Assembly (NCBI GenBank): GCA_964035545.1
Contig: OZ037770.1
Span: forward strand, 14,126,642-14,190,641
Source: Bugula neritina
Lineage: Eukaryota; Animalia; Bryozoa
Reading direction: 5' to 3'
Length of the DNA stretch: 64,000 bases
Shown: one piece after another, positions 12,401-27,300 of the stretch
How the letters are laid out: each line of letters opens with the position of its first letter
Position numbering within the stretch: position 1 is the first letter of the stretch
Notes under the pieces: model-generated
Databases searched by the model: none
What the model was told of the DNA's origin: nothing
The model's input: the letters and a program-made list of their open reading frames with translations, nothing else
Made by a program: the position numbers and the translations under genes

Positions 12401-15400
12401 TAAATTTATTACCCACTTATAATGCCAAAAAGCAAACATCTCACATTCATTACAGAAATTTATGTTCATTTTATTGCATCTAGTGAAATATGCAATAATA
12501 TTAAGTAGTTATTTTTAAATCTGTAAGAGAACCAACTTTAGTACAAAATAGACAGGAATCATCAAGCCACTTACCAGTTGGTACATCGGCGGGGTTGAAA
12601 CACTTCCACCATCTGCAGGGTGAACCGAATTCGGAACTTATCATGACATTGAACTTGTACTGGTACCAGAAGTCATAGCCAAATGGAGTTACATCATCTT
12701 CTGAATTCCATGAGCCTTTTATCTTCCATGTTTGTCCATCCAGTACCACAAAACCACCTATGATGACGGAAACATTTACCATAACAAAACCACCTATAAT
12801 TTTATTCCATGCGAAAACAACAAAGACTTTGTAAAATAGCAGTCACTAAGGAGGTAGGTGCAGTAATGAAGAAATTGAGAAAAGCCTGTGTTCTATATTA
12901 AAAATATAGCAAAGGAAATTATGTTCTCGCAAGAGTTTCAACCCGCATCCCAAACCAAAATTTATAAAGAAATTTACAGAACTTAGACTATTTCAATATC
13001 TCCACTGTATACTGCTCCTAATTGTCACTAACACTTCTATATGCAATTCACACATCAAACCACTTCACACAACACCTTCACATATGCAGGTCTGATTAAA
13101 GGAAAATGATAGTTACTAGTGAAAAGCAAAACATAATTTATAGCTGTTATTATAATAAATCATTCATAGAAAAAGAGAGACTACATTATATTATATTATA
13201 TTATATTGGAATAGAGTCTAGAACTCTGTTTGAAGTTTCTCCAGTTCTAGTTTCAGGCGCATGACTTATAGTTTGACTTTAATTTGGGCTTTATTATAGA
13301 CTGATAATCTGCGAGAGGGTTAGGTGAAATATATATAACTCATTTACCAAAACATTTTGAGTGTCAAAAATTCTGCCAAAAAATTCAGCATTCTTCGATT
13401 ATATTGGGGGGGGGGGGGAATAGAGTTAAAATATCTATTAATATAAAATGCCAATAAAGTAATTAGTCATATCTAAAAAATCCTATGTAATATATGTTGG
13501 TATTTAACTTGCAGTAAGCTCCAGGGTGTAAATAGGCCATGCAGTATATGCATCAATTCATCTCAGAGGTTAACAAATACATTCTTTAAATTTTATTGCA
13601 AAAGAATAAAATTCATAATAAAGTTAGATGGTATGATATTCTCCCAGGATGAAGATTATGAGTTTTGAAATTAAATTGTCATGACTGGTTTCCAATTGAA
13701 TGTAATAAATAACATGCATGTCTGTTAGGAAATAGTATACTACATGTATAGATGTGTAATATGACCTTTAAAACACCTTGCCTTATATCTCCCTTCCTAT
13801 TTCTGCCCACTATTCCATAAACTAGTTGCTGGTGAAATAACAGGCACTTCAATATAAGTGAGAAAAGCCGCAACTGGTATGATTTATGTTGTAACACAGC
13901 TATTTCAGCAATTTTAGTCAATTTATTTTGACGAAGATAGCTACGAAGAGCTAAAAGCTGCCGTGGTTACAAGATATTAGTTTCCAGCTCTGCTGTAAAA
14001 AGCTCTAGACCGCTAGACAAATAGCTCATAATAGGAGTTTATTCAAAACCATTTAAATTATATAAATTAAATTTGACTACCTATAAAAGGGAAATATGTC
14101 AAGTTCTGACAGTAACTGTTATTTAGATTGCGAAAGTTATTTTTCTAGTTGTAATGGAGTATAGACAAATTTATTGTATTCAGCTGCATTGTCATTGCTT
14201 TGAATTATGGTCCTGCAACTATAAGTTAATGCAAACCCCAACCACAAATCTATCAGCCATGCAGATCCACATGGATCCATTCGAAGCAATGGAAAGGGGA
14301 GTTGCTTGCAGTAAAGTTATATGAATTATATATGCCCATATATGACAGGCTGTAAATAACATATAATACATACCTAAGTTGGTTTATAACCACAAGTTCA
14401 GCAAACTAACTAGTTTACTCAGGACATGTGGTAATGCAAGAGATAAATTGAATACATATGTTCAAAGGCAATGAGTAGCATAAAAGAAACCAAAGTAATG
14501 ATAAAAAACAACGGGTAGCAAAATTTAATACATTGCAGAATGTATTAAACTTACAACTAGTTTCAAATACAAGAACAGCTACTTCACAATAAGTCTCATG
14601 TATCAAGTTTCAACTCGCAGTTTAGCATAGTTTTGAGCAAATATTTGTTGAATGTTGCATAATATTCACAAGTGTATTGTAGTACCTATAACACCTGTTC
14701 TCCCACTTCAAATGACTTTATTACCTCAATAAAGAATCAAACTCAGTGCTTTCACAAGCTATCGTATACTACTGAACCTGCAGCATGCAGTAAGGGTTCT
14801 AGTAAAGAAATAGCAGGAGAGAAACATTCTTCTCTCATAGCTTTACTATATGAAACAAATTCACAAAGATGTCTCCAACCAGCTGGCACAATGTGCCACA
14901 AAATCTTTAGGAATTTAAAGCTATGGAAGCCAAATGTCAGTCTCTGGTTAAACAAATCTTTATGGTCCAACTTTGCAAACTATGTCATATTTCAATATCT
15001 TTAAATAGATTTTTCAGGCATGGATAGCTATAACTATTTGGTAAATCTTCAAAGCAAAGTTAGATATATGCTAAACAAAACTGTGTGCCATCAGTGATAA
15101 TATTTAGTTTCGTATCCCTTGCAGTGATATATACTACTGTAAAACATACATGATTTGGAAGGAATACAGCATGCATGTTAAACCAGAATAAATTACAGGA
15201 CCCTACCCTTTGCTCCATCATTTTCATCACCCATCATGCTAACTATGACGTCACCTGACTTCATACAATGACTGGTGTGGGGACGGCTATATCCCACAGC
15301 TTTTAGGTCCTCAGGCTCCACAACCTGCAATCCATAAACTAATTAAGCATGTTTGTGGGAGCGGAGAACTAATGCCCCTATATATGTATCATTCAAGTGT

Positions 15401-17922
15401 GAAACCTAAGTTTAAAATTATGGTAAATTCATTTTCACTTGCAATAGCTGAGGCTGTAAAAGTAGATACAAGTACAAAAACATCTAAAAATCCTGTAACC
15501 AATTAACCTGATTATAAGCCAGTTGATATTTTACTTTGAGAGGAAATTCACTGGTCACATGAGCTGTGTTGACCTCTAAACCATTGAATGACACAGTTTA
15601 CACAAACCACATGGTCTGTTCTCTATACTCACAGCATGGTGCTTGGGTTGGGCAGGGTCACTCATATCTATGATGTAGATACGGCTAGAACCCAGGCTGG
15701 GAAGAATGAGCTTATCTCTTGTTGATTTCTCGTCTCCATGGCAACTGGCACAAGTATTCCAGCCTGAGTGATGCAGTTCATCATTCTCATGCGGCATGGG
15801 GAGTCTATGAACCACCTGCAAATTTCAACAACACAAATGGGTTTTGGACTATATTTGTGCCCATGCAGGTGTGTGTTTGACTGCCCGCTAGTTCAAGATA
15901 ATGCATTTTGGGTATACAACAGCTAGATTTATAGAACACAGCTTTGTTTGTGCTCTAGAAGGATAACTTTCAAGTGTGGCTTGAAGATCTAGTAATAAAG
16001 GATTTGGGAGAACCCTAGATGGAGAATATAGTGGAAGCAAGTTGCTGTTTTTGCAAAAATTTCAACCTCAAATTAAAATTTATCAAGACAATTAAAAAGC
16101 TGAAGCTATTAAAGTGTCATCTTTTTCTGCACTTTTACACATTGATGCACTACATGACTCCTTTGTAATTGACAAAGAGGCTATGAAAGGAGACTGAAAG
16201 TTAGAATGCTTAAAAGCAGATTTCTTGTCTTGAATAATAAACCTCAAAATGGCTAATCTCTTGCAGAGAAGGTAAAAATATAATTAAAAGGCTAGCACAA
16301 TGTTTTAATGGGCATAAATTATACTAAATTTGTTTGATTATCTAAATTATAATGAACAAGTTAAATTAAAAGCTTTATGTTTACTAAAGAGATTTTAGAC
16401 AAACATGTTAGCAAAATTGTATGCCGAAACCAGTAAGCGTAGGGCCACACGAAGCGTTTTAAACGCATGTGGCGTGCGAGAAAATCCGTTTGGCCTAAAA
16501 ATGGGACGTTATGTGCAGAATTTTCATGCTTCTAACATGCTGAGCGAGAAGTGCGGCAAGTTCAGGCGTAAAGCTTTATTGTGCAACTAAAGTGTCGTTT
16601 TTTAATATTCCTGCCAGCCTATGCCACTCTTTTGTGCAAAGTTTGACTGAATGCTCTGAGGATTAAGAAGATGCGTAAAGAAATATACATGTTGCATATC
16701 TTTAGTTTTCTTTAGAATTTTCATCATTATCAATTGAATTCAGCCAAACAGGTGAACAAAAGGTGTGTATAATACGATGTGTACATTGCAGGGTTTAGCT
16801 TGAATAATACAACTTAAAAACAACCACATAGAAATATTGATATCGATTTTACAAAACTAACAAGTATATTTACTAGCTCTATAAGTGATGCTACATGATG
16901 ACCAAGTTTCAATCATTATGTTTCCATAAAACTTTCAATCTACAGGTTTGGAAGAAGTTGCATTGAATGAAACCACAACCTTAAAGTTCATGTGAACCGC
17001 AATGACAAATTCAGCCATATGAGCATTTTGTCTCACAATTTGAATGGGAATACAGTTAATTGTTTTATTGTAACCGCAACAATTTAGTGTAAAATGTGTA
17101 CTGTAATACTATAGTAATATCTGATATTGTTAATAGTAACATAGCAAACTGTATAGCTTTCTTTTGGAGTGCATTGAAAACGATTTAGACTCCAATAAAG
17201 AAAAACTATTATAGCAAGATAGGCATTTCGAAGTTGTCTACTTACTTTGGAATAATCAGGGGAATCTGGATCCACACAGACAGTGGCAAGGTAGTCTTTC
17301 CGCCCTTCTACAGTCTGTATACAAGGAACATAGACCAACTTCTCTCTTGGCCCTTTAGCCATAGCATCAGCAGGGCTGGCATAGCCAGGACCCTTACAGC
17401 AACTGCCATCTATTAGTATATGGAGAATCCAATAATTTGAGGCTTATTGCTGTCCAGGATGTTAGAAGAGTTACCAAAACACACTCTTAGTAGAATGATT
17501 TGACACATATGTGATCAGATAGATATAAATATCACTTAGACAGAAAAAAAAAAGTATTTAATTCAAGAAGTTTTATTTACAACTGCCACCATTGTCAACA
17601 GAATGATGCTGATTAGAACTATTATAAGTCTAAGCAGCAAAATTGGGATGAACATGCATTTCTTACTTATAGCGAAAACAAAAGAAATGGCTACAGTATT
17701 TAAAAGCTTTCACTCTATCTACTATATTATTATTAGTGTTGCTGTAAAAAACGTTAATTCCAGTGATATTTTTCAACCCAACAAAATCATAAGCAAATAA
17801 AGAACTTGAAAGCTCTGCACAGCTGAATGAAACAGCTGTTATAGATACACCAAAGAACCCTTTAAACCTTTAAGAACCATATAATTGAATCCACTATACC
17901 ATTTACCTGCAGGAGGTGCCAT
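6431..17922 (-). CDS. SELENBP1: Selenium-binding protein 1 / methanethiol oxidase, about 478 aa
   Basis: Exons 17922-17907, 17409-17246, 15815-15633, 15324-15207, 12757-12575, 11690-11512, 11026-10945, 10455-10334, 9015-8804, 8088-7923 and 6442-6431 are all GT-AG and in phase (1437 nt). Hallmarks: [92 protein letters not shown]. The last micro-exon is less certain; if unspliced, the frame stops at 7857. Confidence 0.95.
8672..8792. repeat. Degenerate 11-bp tandem repeat (TAGTCACATGA)
   Basis: About 8-9 imperfect units immediately beyond the SELENBP1 exon-9 donor. Confidence 0.85.
9312..9648 (-). mobile_element. TRIM (miniature non-autonomous LTR element) with a tRNA-like sequence in each LTR
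   Basis: LTRs 9648-9543 and 9420-9312 run TGTAG...TTTTCA on the minus strand; 122-bp internal part; purine-rich GAGAACTGGGTGGGA abuts the 3' LTR; 5-bp TSD TGCAT at 9307-9311 and 9649-9653; A-box (TGGTGTA(A/G)TGG) and B-box-like motif in each LTR. Confidence 0.85.
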
Positions 17923-20900
17923 CTCAGCTGTATCTTATAGTTCAACTGTAGCTGTCACTTTGTCACTATAATAAGTCAATCTCATCAATAATGAATACAG
18001 GAGATAAATGACCGCAGCTTTGTACAATAACTTGGTATAAAGTGTCATTTATAAGGAAATGTAAGCTGATTGGTTGATATTTCTAAATGAAAGGCCAACG
18101 TGAGGAGAGGCGATATAATTATTTAGGTGAACATTTTTCACAACTACTGCAAATTGTAGTTGAAAGTCTGTTGAGACAAGCTATAGATTGCGTAATCTAA
18201 AGCATAAATTAAACTTTCAAACAAGTTGATTATGGAAAATTCCTCAAAGCTATGTGAGATTTGAAAGTATAAAAGCAAATTTTAGACTGAGTATAGACAA
18301 TTACTGTCAATATGGTCTTTTGATGTGTTTTGTATAAAACAACATTAGGCAGTTATACATATAAACTATAATTATGCGCTATAAATTGCCAACTTACCAA
18401 CTTACAACAATATTCCTGTATAATTTATGCAAAATTGACTGAATATATAAAATTGATAGGATAACTCCTAAACTATTTGGAATAGTACATATTATAGTGC
18501 AGCAGGTCTTGAATCAGCATGCACTTTAACCAGTGTTGGCATTGATGTTTAAAAGGCATATATACCATAACAGGTTGTGTATTGTATTAACTATATTAGT
18601 ATTTGACTAACCATATCAAAGTTACTTAAGTTTCTTGAAAGAAGTTAGCCAGATTGCACACCAAAAATTCTATCACAGAATGTAAAGTAGACAGAGCAGT
18701 AAAGACTTTCAAACAAAAGTTACCAAAAATAGCAAACAGATGTGCATTGCAAACAGGATAATATTTTTGTATGCTGATGCCAGCTACAAGTGATTTGCAT
18801 AGTTTTTTAAAAAAATCACTTTTTTTCCAATTCTCTTCTGCTTGGCATCCATCTCTTTCATCGCTTATAATGTAATTATTAATGCCTTTAATTTTAACAA
18901 AAAGTTTATAAGATTATAAATTTCCTTATACAAAACTCAATTCTTTCTTGTATAAATATTGTCTAATAATCATAATTATATTAAACTGATCTATTAACTG
19001 CACTATAAAAAACATCATGTCATAGTAGAGTTTTAATATACTACTGTGAAGAAAGATTAAAATTTAAATGGTGTGCAATGCAATCTCTAGTAAATTGGAG
19101 TTATGTTTCCAATAACTTCATTTAAATAGGATCGCTATTTTTTACATGATACGCAATGTTAAGATTATATTGATATGTACTAGTTCTGTTTGTTTACTGG
19201 ATATAACCAATTTCATTAGTATGATATGAAGTTGGCATACATTCAATTTAAAGTTTATCAGTTGACTAATTTCTGTGTCTTGGCTTCATCAAAATTAATA
19301 ATTATAATTGTGTTATTTATGAGTCCATGGCAACATTGAAGGAGTTGTTTTTGCCTTTCTTTCTTCGAGTATAATTTTTAAAACAAGTAACATTTTTAAA
19401 ACAAGCAATAATTATGTTTACAAAATTTATAATTTTTTCAATTGTATATTTTTATAAATACATTAAAAAATAAGTAGCAAATAAATAATTACAATCAACT
19501 ATTTTTGAGCGAGAGTACTAACAAATATACAGCGCATCAAATAAAGTCCTTAAATTCAAAGTTACGGTTCAAATGGAAACCTGAACGACTACCATAACAT
19601 TGACGTAGACTGATACTATAAATACAAGAATTTTTTATTTTTACATTACCATGATCATCATATTCGTATTGAATATGCATAGCAGTAATTTGATTTATGC
19701 AATTAATGTTAAATTAAGAGATATTTGTATATTTAAGTAATTTTTTCGCAGTAACTGACTAAAAGTAAAAGTAAAACTTTCCTTTAAATTTAGGGTTTAA
19801 TTTTATTTAGTTTGAGTTTGAATTTCTTGTAATTATATTTGTAAACTTGCAATTGTATAATTATCTTGTTATATTTATAATATACACAAATTGAAAATGA
19901 TGATAATAATTATAAATCTAATAATTATTGTAAATCTAATTAACTTTAAAATTTAAATAATTATATTCAAATTCATATTCATGTTGAATCAGTATGCCAC
20001 TGAAGTGATTCATATTCTAATTCAAGGTAATTTACATTGAATTTGATATCTACGTGATATTGCTCTTTACTTTTGTTTAAGTTCAATTCTAACTTCGGTC
20101 TCCAAGTTTACGTTTAAATTTGTATTTCACTCACACTCAATCTGACTCAATAGTTATTTTACTATTCACACTGGCTTTTGTAAATTTAATATATTAAATT
20201 TATTATTGACTATTTGAAAAGTAAACCATTTGAATTTAAAAGTAATTTTCATAATCACCAAGGCTATGAGTTGTTTTCAAACAAAGTTTTTTTTTGTTTT
20301 TCAATAGTTTAACGACAAACTGCCTTATATTCATAGCTGTTATGTCTTTTTAACAAAAACTGAATGCATCTGTTGCAGTAACATAGCACTTATAACTAAT
20401 AATACAATGACGGTTGCATTAATTGGTTTTTCTATATTTTCCTGGACAATATTATATAAGACATAATTAAGTTCCATACTACAACACTAAAATTTACCCA
20501 GAAACTTCAGCCATCTTCATAATATCAAATTGTGAAGTGATATTTACTTTTTACTCTGGCACTCTAAAGATGACTCAAGGCTTTGAGTAACAAAATTAGT
20601 GTCATTTTTAAGAGAGCTCTGAGATCGCCCTAATGTATTTGTTTATATATTTGAATATCGTTCTAAATAAGTAATTTATTTGCCTGCTTTTATTCAAGTT
20701 GCTTGCAGTTTAATAGAGGCAATTAATTTGATTTTTTAGAGTTTAGTTTTTTTAAAGTCTGAAAAAAATTCAAATTGTCAGTATTTTAGTGGTTTTAACT
20801 CAGGAGTTTCTAAATAACATGTTTCTCACTTAGAGTTAAGTTATAACTTTTAATATAACCTGTGTTCATTAGTGTGTATAGTTGTGTTGTGTTTTAGAAT

Positions 20901-21324
20901 ATAGAACTCCAATATAGTGAATATAATAACAGTCATTGTATTGATAGTAAGGATAAATTCCTATTATTATTGCTTTTAAGTTTTAACACAAAATTATTGT
21001 TTCTGAAGTGATTCTTTTATTCCACTCTGCTAGAAGTAGATTCCGAGAGTGTTGGCAGGAAGTTGGACAGGTTTTATCTAACATAAAGCATCGCTGACTT
21101 CTGTACAGTCATTACATATGTAGGCAGCAGTACTTTAACTCTAGCTAGTTTAATACTGTAATTTTAGACGTTTATCAAGATTGGAAGGTGCTACTTCATC
21201 TAATTGATAAAAACCAGCCAGCAAGATACGCAATTCACCAGTTTCTAGTCTCCGATACCATTTGTTGCTGTAATCTTTGGTGCTATTGTTGACGTCTTTA
21301 CCCGCGTATCTATAACTCCACACA

Positions 21325-24300
21325 ATGGAAGATATACACAGAAAGGTTCTCCAAAAGAACAGACCTTTCCTAATGAAGGAAGTGGTGTTAGACACACTTT
21401 GGTCTCATCTATTGGCCAAAGAGATCTTCACAGATGAAATGATTGAGCATATACAAGTACTGTCAGCTTACACAGTCATGCTGGTGTTTCATTTAGGTGC
21501 AGTAGTGGAGGAATTGAGATAGGCTAAATCCTTTAATTTTCTCAATAAATTTTGGTTTGGGGCGCAACTTAAAATTCTTACAAGAATAAAACTTCTTTTG
21601 CTACATTTGTAATCTAGAACAAAGGTTTTTCTTGATTTCTCCATTACTACACCTACAACTGTGTATCTAATATACTTTCAGCATATTAACCAATTAGGTT
21701 CACACGCAGCTATGTAGTTTTAGTTAACAAATTTCTGTATTTATATATAGGTGATTCCATTGCAACCACTTCCATCTGTCTGGAAATAAAAAGTTTTCTC
21801 TAGCCTGCTTTTAAACACAAGTTGTCATGCAATAAGTTTATTAGAAATATGATAAAAGTTAGAGTTAACTCTGCTGATGATAGCTGTCAATTTACAGCCA
21901 ATGGTAATCAATAGCTCTTAAATAATAGTAAACTGGTACTTATTTCAAGCCAATCGCGTTGATTCTTACATAACCAGTTAAACATTTAGGCAACTGGTGC
22001 TAAACCCTCCCAGATGCAGAGATTGTTGTCAGATCTGACTAGAAGAGGCCCTACTGCCTACGCAGCCTTCCTAGAGTGTCTGGTAGAAACAGAACAAGAC
22101 CATGTGGTGCACAGGCTACAGGCCACAGAGAAAGCACTGGGGGAGAAAGAGCCCAGGTTCTTTACACCTATAATGAATGTGAGTTGCATCCACTCCTCCC
22201 ACTCTCTCTTTCTGAGGCTAATATGGTATCCCAAGTTGTATTTCAATGAAAATTCATTACAAATCAATTTCTATGTATACTTAAGGTTAGCTTTTAGTAT
22301 TGGAAGTGAATGAGTGTGCTTGTTTTGTCTGTTGTGTTGCCTAGCAACCAGCAATGTGTTGTATACGTTTTCTTAATGTAACTCCTTTGGCACATGCCTG
22401 AGGAGTAAATTCTTTATACTTGATACACTCAGTTCAGCTTGCATGGGGCCAGTCAATGGAATCTGTCAACTCTTTTGTACTGAGCCTTTTGTGTCTGGGT
22501 TATTATGAAAACAACTTTTGAGTGCTGTTGTTACACTCAGTCACTTTTCCATGATGACTCTTTTCTTGTATGAATTATGTAATTCAATTACTTTCAGCTG
22601 AGATGTTTACTTCACCTGAGCTAGCCACAACACCTTGTTTTTGTATGCAGCAGCTTCAATTAATCTGATACCAATTCGAAGTCTAAGTAGTCTGAGAGAG
22701 TTGCAACCTGTTGATTTTTTTTAATTTTTGGGGCTAATTTTTGACTGCTGTTGACTATATTATGTTCAACTATTGCTTGTTGTATTTCAACTGTTTCCCC
22801 CCCTGCATTGATTAGTAATTGTAGGTTGTTGTAAATTAGCCAGTTCTAAAATCATTCTTTGATTTCATGGCAGCATAGCATTGCTTTCAATATTGAAAAC
22901 ATTTTAATCATCATAAGAAAGTTTTAACCCGCCATGTCTTTTAGTTTGTCAGGAACTGAAAAGTTGTTGCTAGAAGTAATTCTATTCTGTTGGTGTCACT
23001 GACAGTAAACCCAGGGTTGTCTTCTCATTTCCTTTCACACTGAAGATATGGAAAGTGAATACTGTACCTAGTTGTTGTATTGCAGACGCATTTGCATACC
23101 ATATCAAAAGAGCCTTCAATATATTTATTTTATGACAACTTCCTGTATAACTTCAAATATTTTATACTTTTAGTCAACGTCTGTTAAAGATTCTGACGTG
23201 CCGATGGGTTTGAAGTTTAACCCAGTGTCAGCCAATCATCACCCAGAGTTTAGTCTTTTCTCCGCCCCCACAGCGCAACCCACATTCCCGGGTAAACTAT
23301 CATTCTCAGCTGCTACGACTTCCGTCAGCCATTCTGCTGCAACCCTGCCACAGCTACATCAGCCAGCCAATAGGAATGCAGATAGAGTTTCTCTCCCGCC
23401 TCATGATACAGTTTCTTTGGAGAGAAGTAAACCAGGTGAAGTACACCTGGGTGGAAATTTTCCCAGAATTTCATCAACAGTTTTCACAGTCTGTTATACA
23501 TTCCCTTTCAATTTTTCATTGTGGGCTTTTCTCTAAATCTGTTGGTATTTTTTTTATAAAAGAAAGGTTATAAACCTCTCTTGAATTCACAATCCTATTT
23601 ACTTGCAGCACGGACTGTGACACTCATGGACGCCGCGACCTCCAGCTCGACGCTGCCTTCTAACTCCACGACTTCCAGCAGACCTACTATGTCCTTCCCC
23701 TTGCCTCCGGTTTACACATCTGGAGAGATAACTCCGCCGCAGTCTATTATTAACGGGTCTTGTAACCGGGACCCAGCGCGACGCAACCTGAGTAGCTTAT
23801 TTCAGTAGGTTCTCTGGCTATTTTCATTTGTCTGTCTGTCCAGTACGTGCCATGCAGCTTGCTATCAAAATGATAGTCAAAGATTGTCATCTGTTTTGTT
23901 TCACATTAACACTTCTCCGCTTGTCTCCACCTTAGTTGAATACTCTACCAAATAAATTGCCACGCTGTAGGTCTCCCGTCACACAAACTGACAATGGGGA
24001 TGGCATAGAGATCCCTTCGCTCTCAGACAGCATGCCTTCCCGAGGAATACAGTCTACGGACCACCCACAGGCTGTGGATATCAACCCCTACCCTCAAGTG
24101 CTAGGTAGACTGTGGTTACTTTTCATCTCTAGATAAACTCAAAGTATAGATCCACTAATAATAAACTAGAGTAGTAGCATTGTTTTTCTGAAAAATGAAA
24201 TTAGTTCAAAAATAGAAAGTTTAATGCAAAAGACTGTATACATTAGTGGCTAAACTGTGAGAAATAGCTAAAAACTAGAAATACATAGTGTGTACTAACT

Positions 24301-27300
24301 TACTAAATTAATTAAAATGATTCACTTAGTTTGAAAATAAAAATAATATTACAAATATTTTATCAAGTTGAACTTTTTTCGGCAAACAATGCTTTAAGGT
24401 TATTTTGTTACTGTTGCTAATAATAAAATGATAGAATTGATAAAATTTTCAATGATATTAAATGCAATAGTTTTATAATTTGCATCATAAGACAATAATT
24501 GTGTACCATATTTTATGCGAATAAGTTTGAATTGTCTTCCCTCGGAATATCTAAACTTTGCTAATTACATAACTATAAGATTGCTAAGTTACCTTTTAGG
24601 CACACTATATTACAGGAACATACAAAAACTGTGTTTTATTATAACATCATTCCTGAAAATAAACAAATTGGAAACTACTTGTTGATTATTGAAAAATTAA
24701 AAAGGTAACATTACTCCAATTTTATTGTGAAAGTGGGGTACTTTTTTTAAAATTATTCTTTGAATTATTCTACTGTTATCCATATTCATAATATGTTGAA
24801 AGAATAAAATTGCGTTGCAAAAATATATCTATTTCCACTAGTTTGTAGCTTTTTCTTAATGTATAAGAAAACAGCAATCATTGTGACTCTAGTTACGAGG
24901 TATATAATATTTTTCATTTATGATTTGATTCGAAGCTTTTTATTGGGCAGTTTACACGTTGGTTTTGTTTCCTGTATATAATGTAGCTCACTTCCCCTCA
25001 GTCAATACACACTGTATATTATATTATCTTGCTTAAACCCACAGGCATTCCAAAGACCTCTGGTAGGATGAAACCCCCTGCAACATCAAGCTATACGACC
25101 CAACTGCCTGCTGGTGATTGGAGCTCTATGTATAAGATGACCTCTGACCCCAGGGGTTACTGCATCATTATTAACAACAGATATTTTAGTGGTGAGTACA
25201 TTTCTATTTATTACACATACATGTAATATATTATATATTATGCATGTGTGTATGCTTGTGTGTACGTATATGTATATAATATCCATGTAAAAATTTTAAA
25301 ATTAATGAGTACTTGTGTTGATGTTTCATTTTTACAAAACATTAAGACAATATTTGCAAACTTGTCATTTTACGCATCATTGAAAATTGGTTCAACTGAT
25401 CAGACAAATTTGGAGTTGCTTGTCCCTGATTATTTTGGGCAAAAATTGTTATTTTGGCTTTCTATAAAATTAAGAATATGAGGTTTTGGCTTTACAATAT
25501 TTTTTCATTTAATGAACTATGGATATACAATGTTAAAGGGCCTGACAACTATATTCTCACTGGATAGTTAAACTGAGGCTGTATTCATAATATTATTGCC
25601 ATTACATCATTTATAATTAGTTAACTTCTGGGGTTGTCTATCTTAGAATTGTTAATTTGCTTCTGATAGAACTTTTCAATTAACTGTCAAGTACTACTCT
25701 AATGATTTATCTGTGTTCATGCTCATGTGTCTGTAATAACGTACATTTCCTTAGCTTGTTTTTAAATTGCTTTCTTAATTTCTCATCATGTATTAAAAAA
25801 ACCTATTAAAACTAAGGTCATTGTTTTAAACCTCATTGTAAGCGCAGATTACAATTTAATTGAACATAGATTTAATAGAGTGGCAGATAGGATCAGTGAT
25901 GAAATGTCTTTCAACAAGTGACAGGGTTTTGTGCTGTGAAAAGTATTAATTTTCTCGCTCACCTTTTGTCCCTACGACGTGTAACCGAATAGTATCAACT
26001 CACTGGAAGACATTTCAGCTAAATAATTTTAGTTTAACTCCTTGATAAAAATAAACAAATCTATTTTAGAGGCATGCTGATTATTTATACAATTGTTTCA
26101 GCCATGTTTTATGTTCTATTTTAAAATGAATAAATACAATTAAATCAATAAATATTCAAAGGATGTTCAGCGGATGCAACTGAATTTAGCTCTCCCTGAC
26201 TGTCCAGCTGCTGTTGCTGCCGTTTCAAATTGCTGCCGTTTTCTAGGTCATCTGAAAGAGAGGCTGGGGACGGATGTTGACAGAGATAATTTATACGTGC
26301 TGTTCAGTCAACTGGGTTATAAGATATGCATACAGGAGAACCTTACAGGGATGGTATGTGTGTCACATGTCGTCTAGTGCATTAGACTAGTTCCTGTGTT
26401 TCAGCTAGGGACGTCGTACACGTGCCCCTGTGTAGTATGATATCAGCCTCAGTAACTATTGCTACCAACCTTTATTAACAGCACCTAGCAATTAGAACTG
26501 GTGAAGTTGTCCCCACAGGGTATCTGAGTTGAAGGTTGTGGGATATAGATATTTCATAGTATTAAAGTAATATGCACTTGTGTGTCGGTCAAAACAACAA
26601 AGTTTATTTAGGATTTATTCCCCCTAGAATTGCTTTATTTCACTCCACCGCACTCATCCAATATACAAGTCTTTGTTCAACAATAACCAACTTTTTGCAG
26701 ACGGCATTTTTTACTATTGCTGATTTTAATTACAGGAAATGCTGTTGACTTTAAGAGACTTTGCCCAGTTACCTCACCACAAATCAGTGGATAGTTGTGT
26801 GGTGATACTGCTCACCCACGGTCTAGACGGCCAGGTCTATGGATCTGACGCTAAGCTGATCAACTTGTCAGAAGTTTTGAACTTCTTTGATGGGAACGTC
26901 TGCCCGGGTTTACAAGGGAAGCCTAAGTTCTTCTTAGTGCAAGCCTGTAGGGGAGGTGAGTGTAGAGCGTTGTAAACTATGACATTTTATTGATAGTGCA
27001 AATACTTGTGTCAATACAAGACTTGTTTGTAGTTATCAATATCAGTTCAGGACCTTCATTATTACATGCTATTCGCTTAGTACTAGTTATGGTCGATTTT
27101 TCATTTTCAACACCACCTACTTCAAAGAAGTACCTAAGCTATTAAGCCTTTTGGATAGTTGCTAAAATTAAAAATCTCCATTAAAATTTATGCAGTTGAA
27201 CATGCTTTGGCAAGCATTTCAAACAAATGTTATTGTGATTCCTAAACCAATCTAGTTGGCAGTCTCAAGTGTGAAATATTAATTTAAAACTTGAAACTAT

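Noticed and set aside
16400-16660. GC-richer intronic patch with a 61-aa ORF
   Set aside because: Possibly a transposon fragment, but I found no TIRs, TSD, second copy or recognisable motif.
6431-17922. Selenoprotein or SECIS interpretation of SELENBP1
   Set aside because: No in-frame TGA in the model; SELENBP1 is not a Sec-containing protein.
19740-20240. Very AT-rich tract with weak 6-bp periodicity between SELENBP1 and the caspase
   Set aside because: Low complexity with no definable unit or boundaries.
21872-21910. CTGATGA followed by a GCTGT/ACAGC stem (hammerhead-like)
   Set aside because: The required GAAA after stem II is missing.
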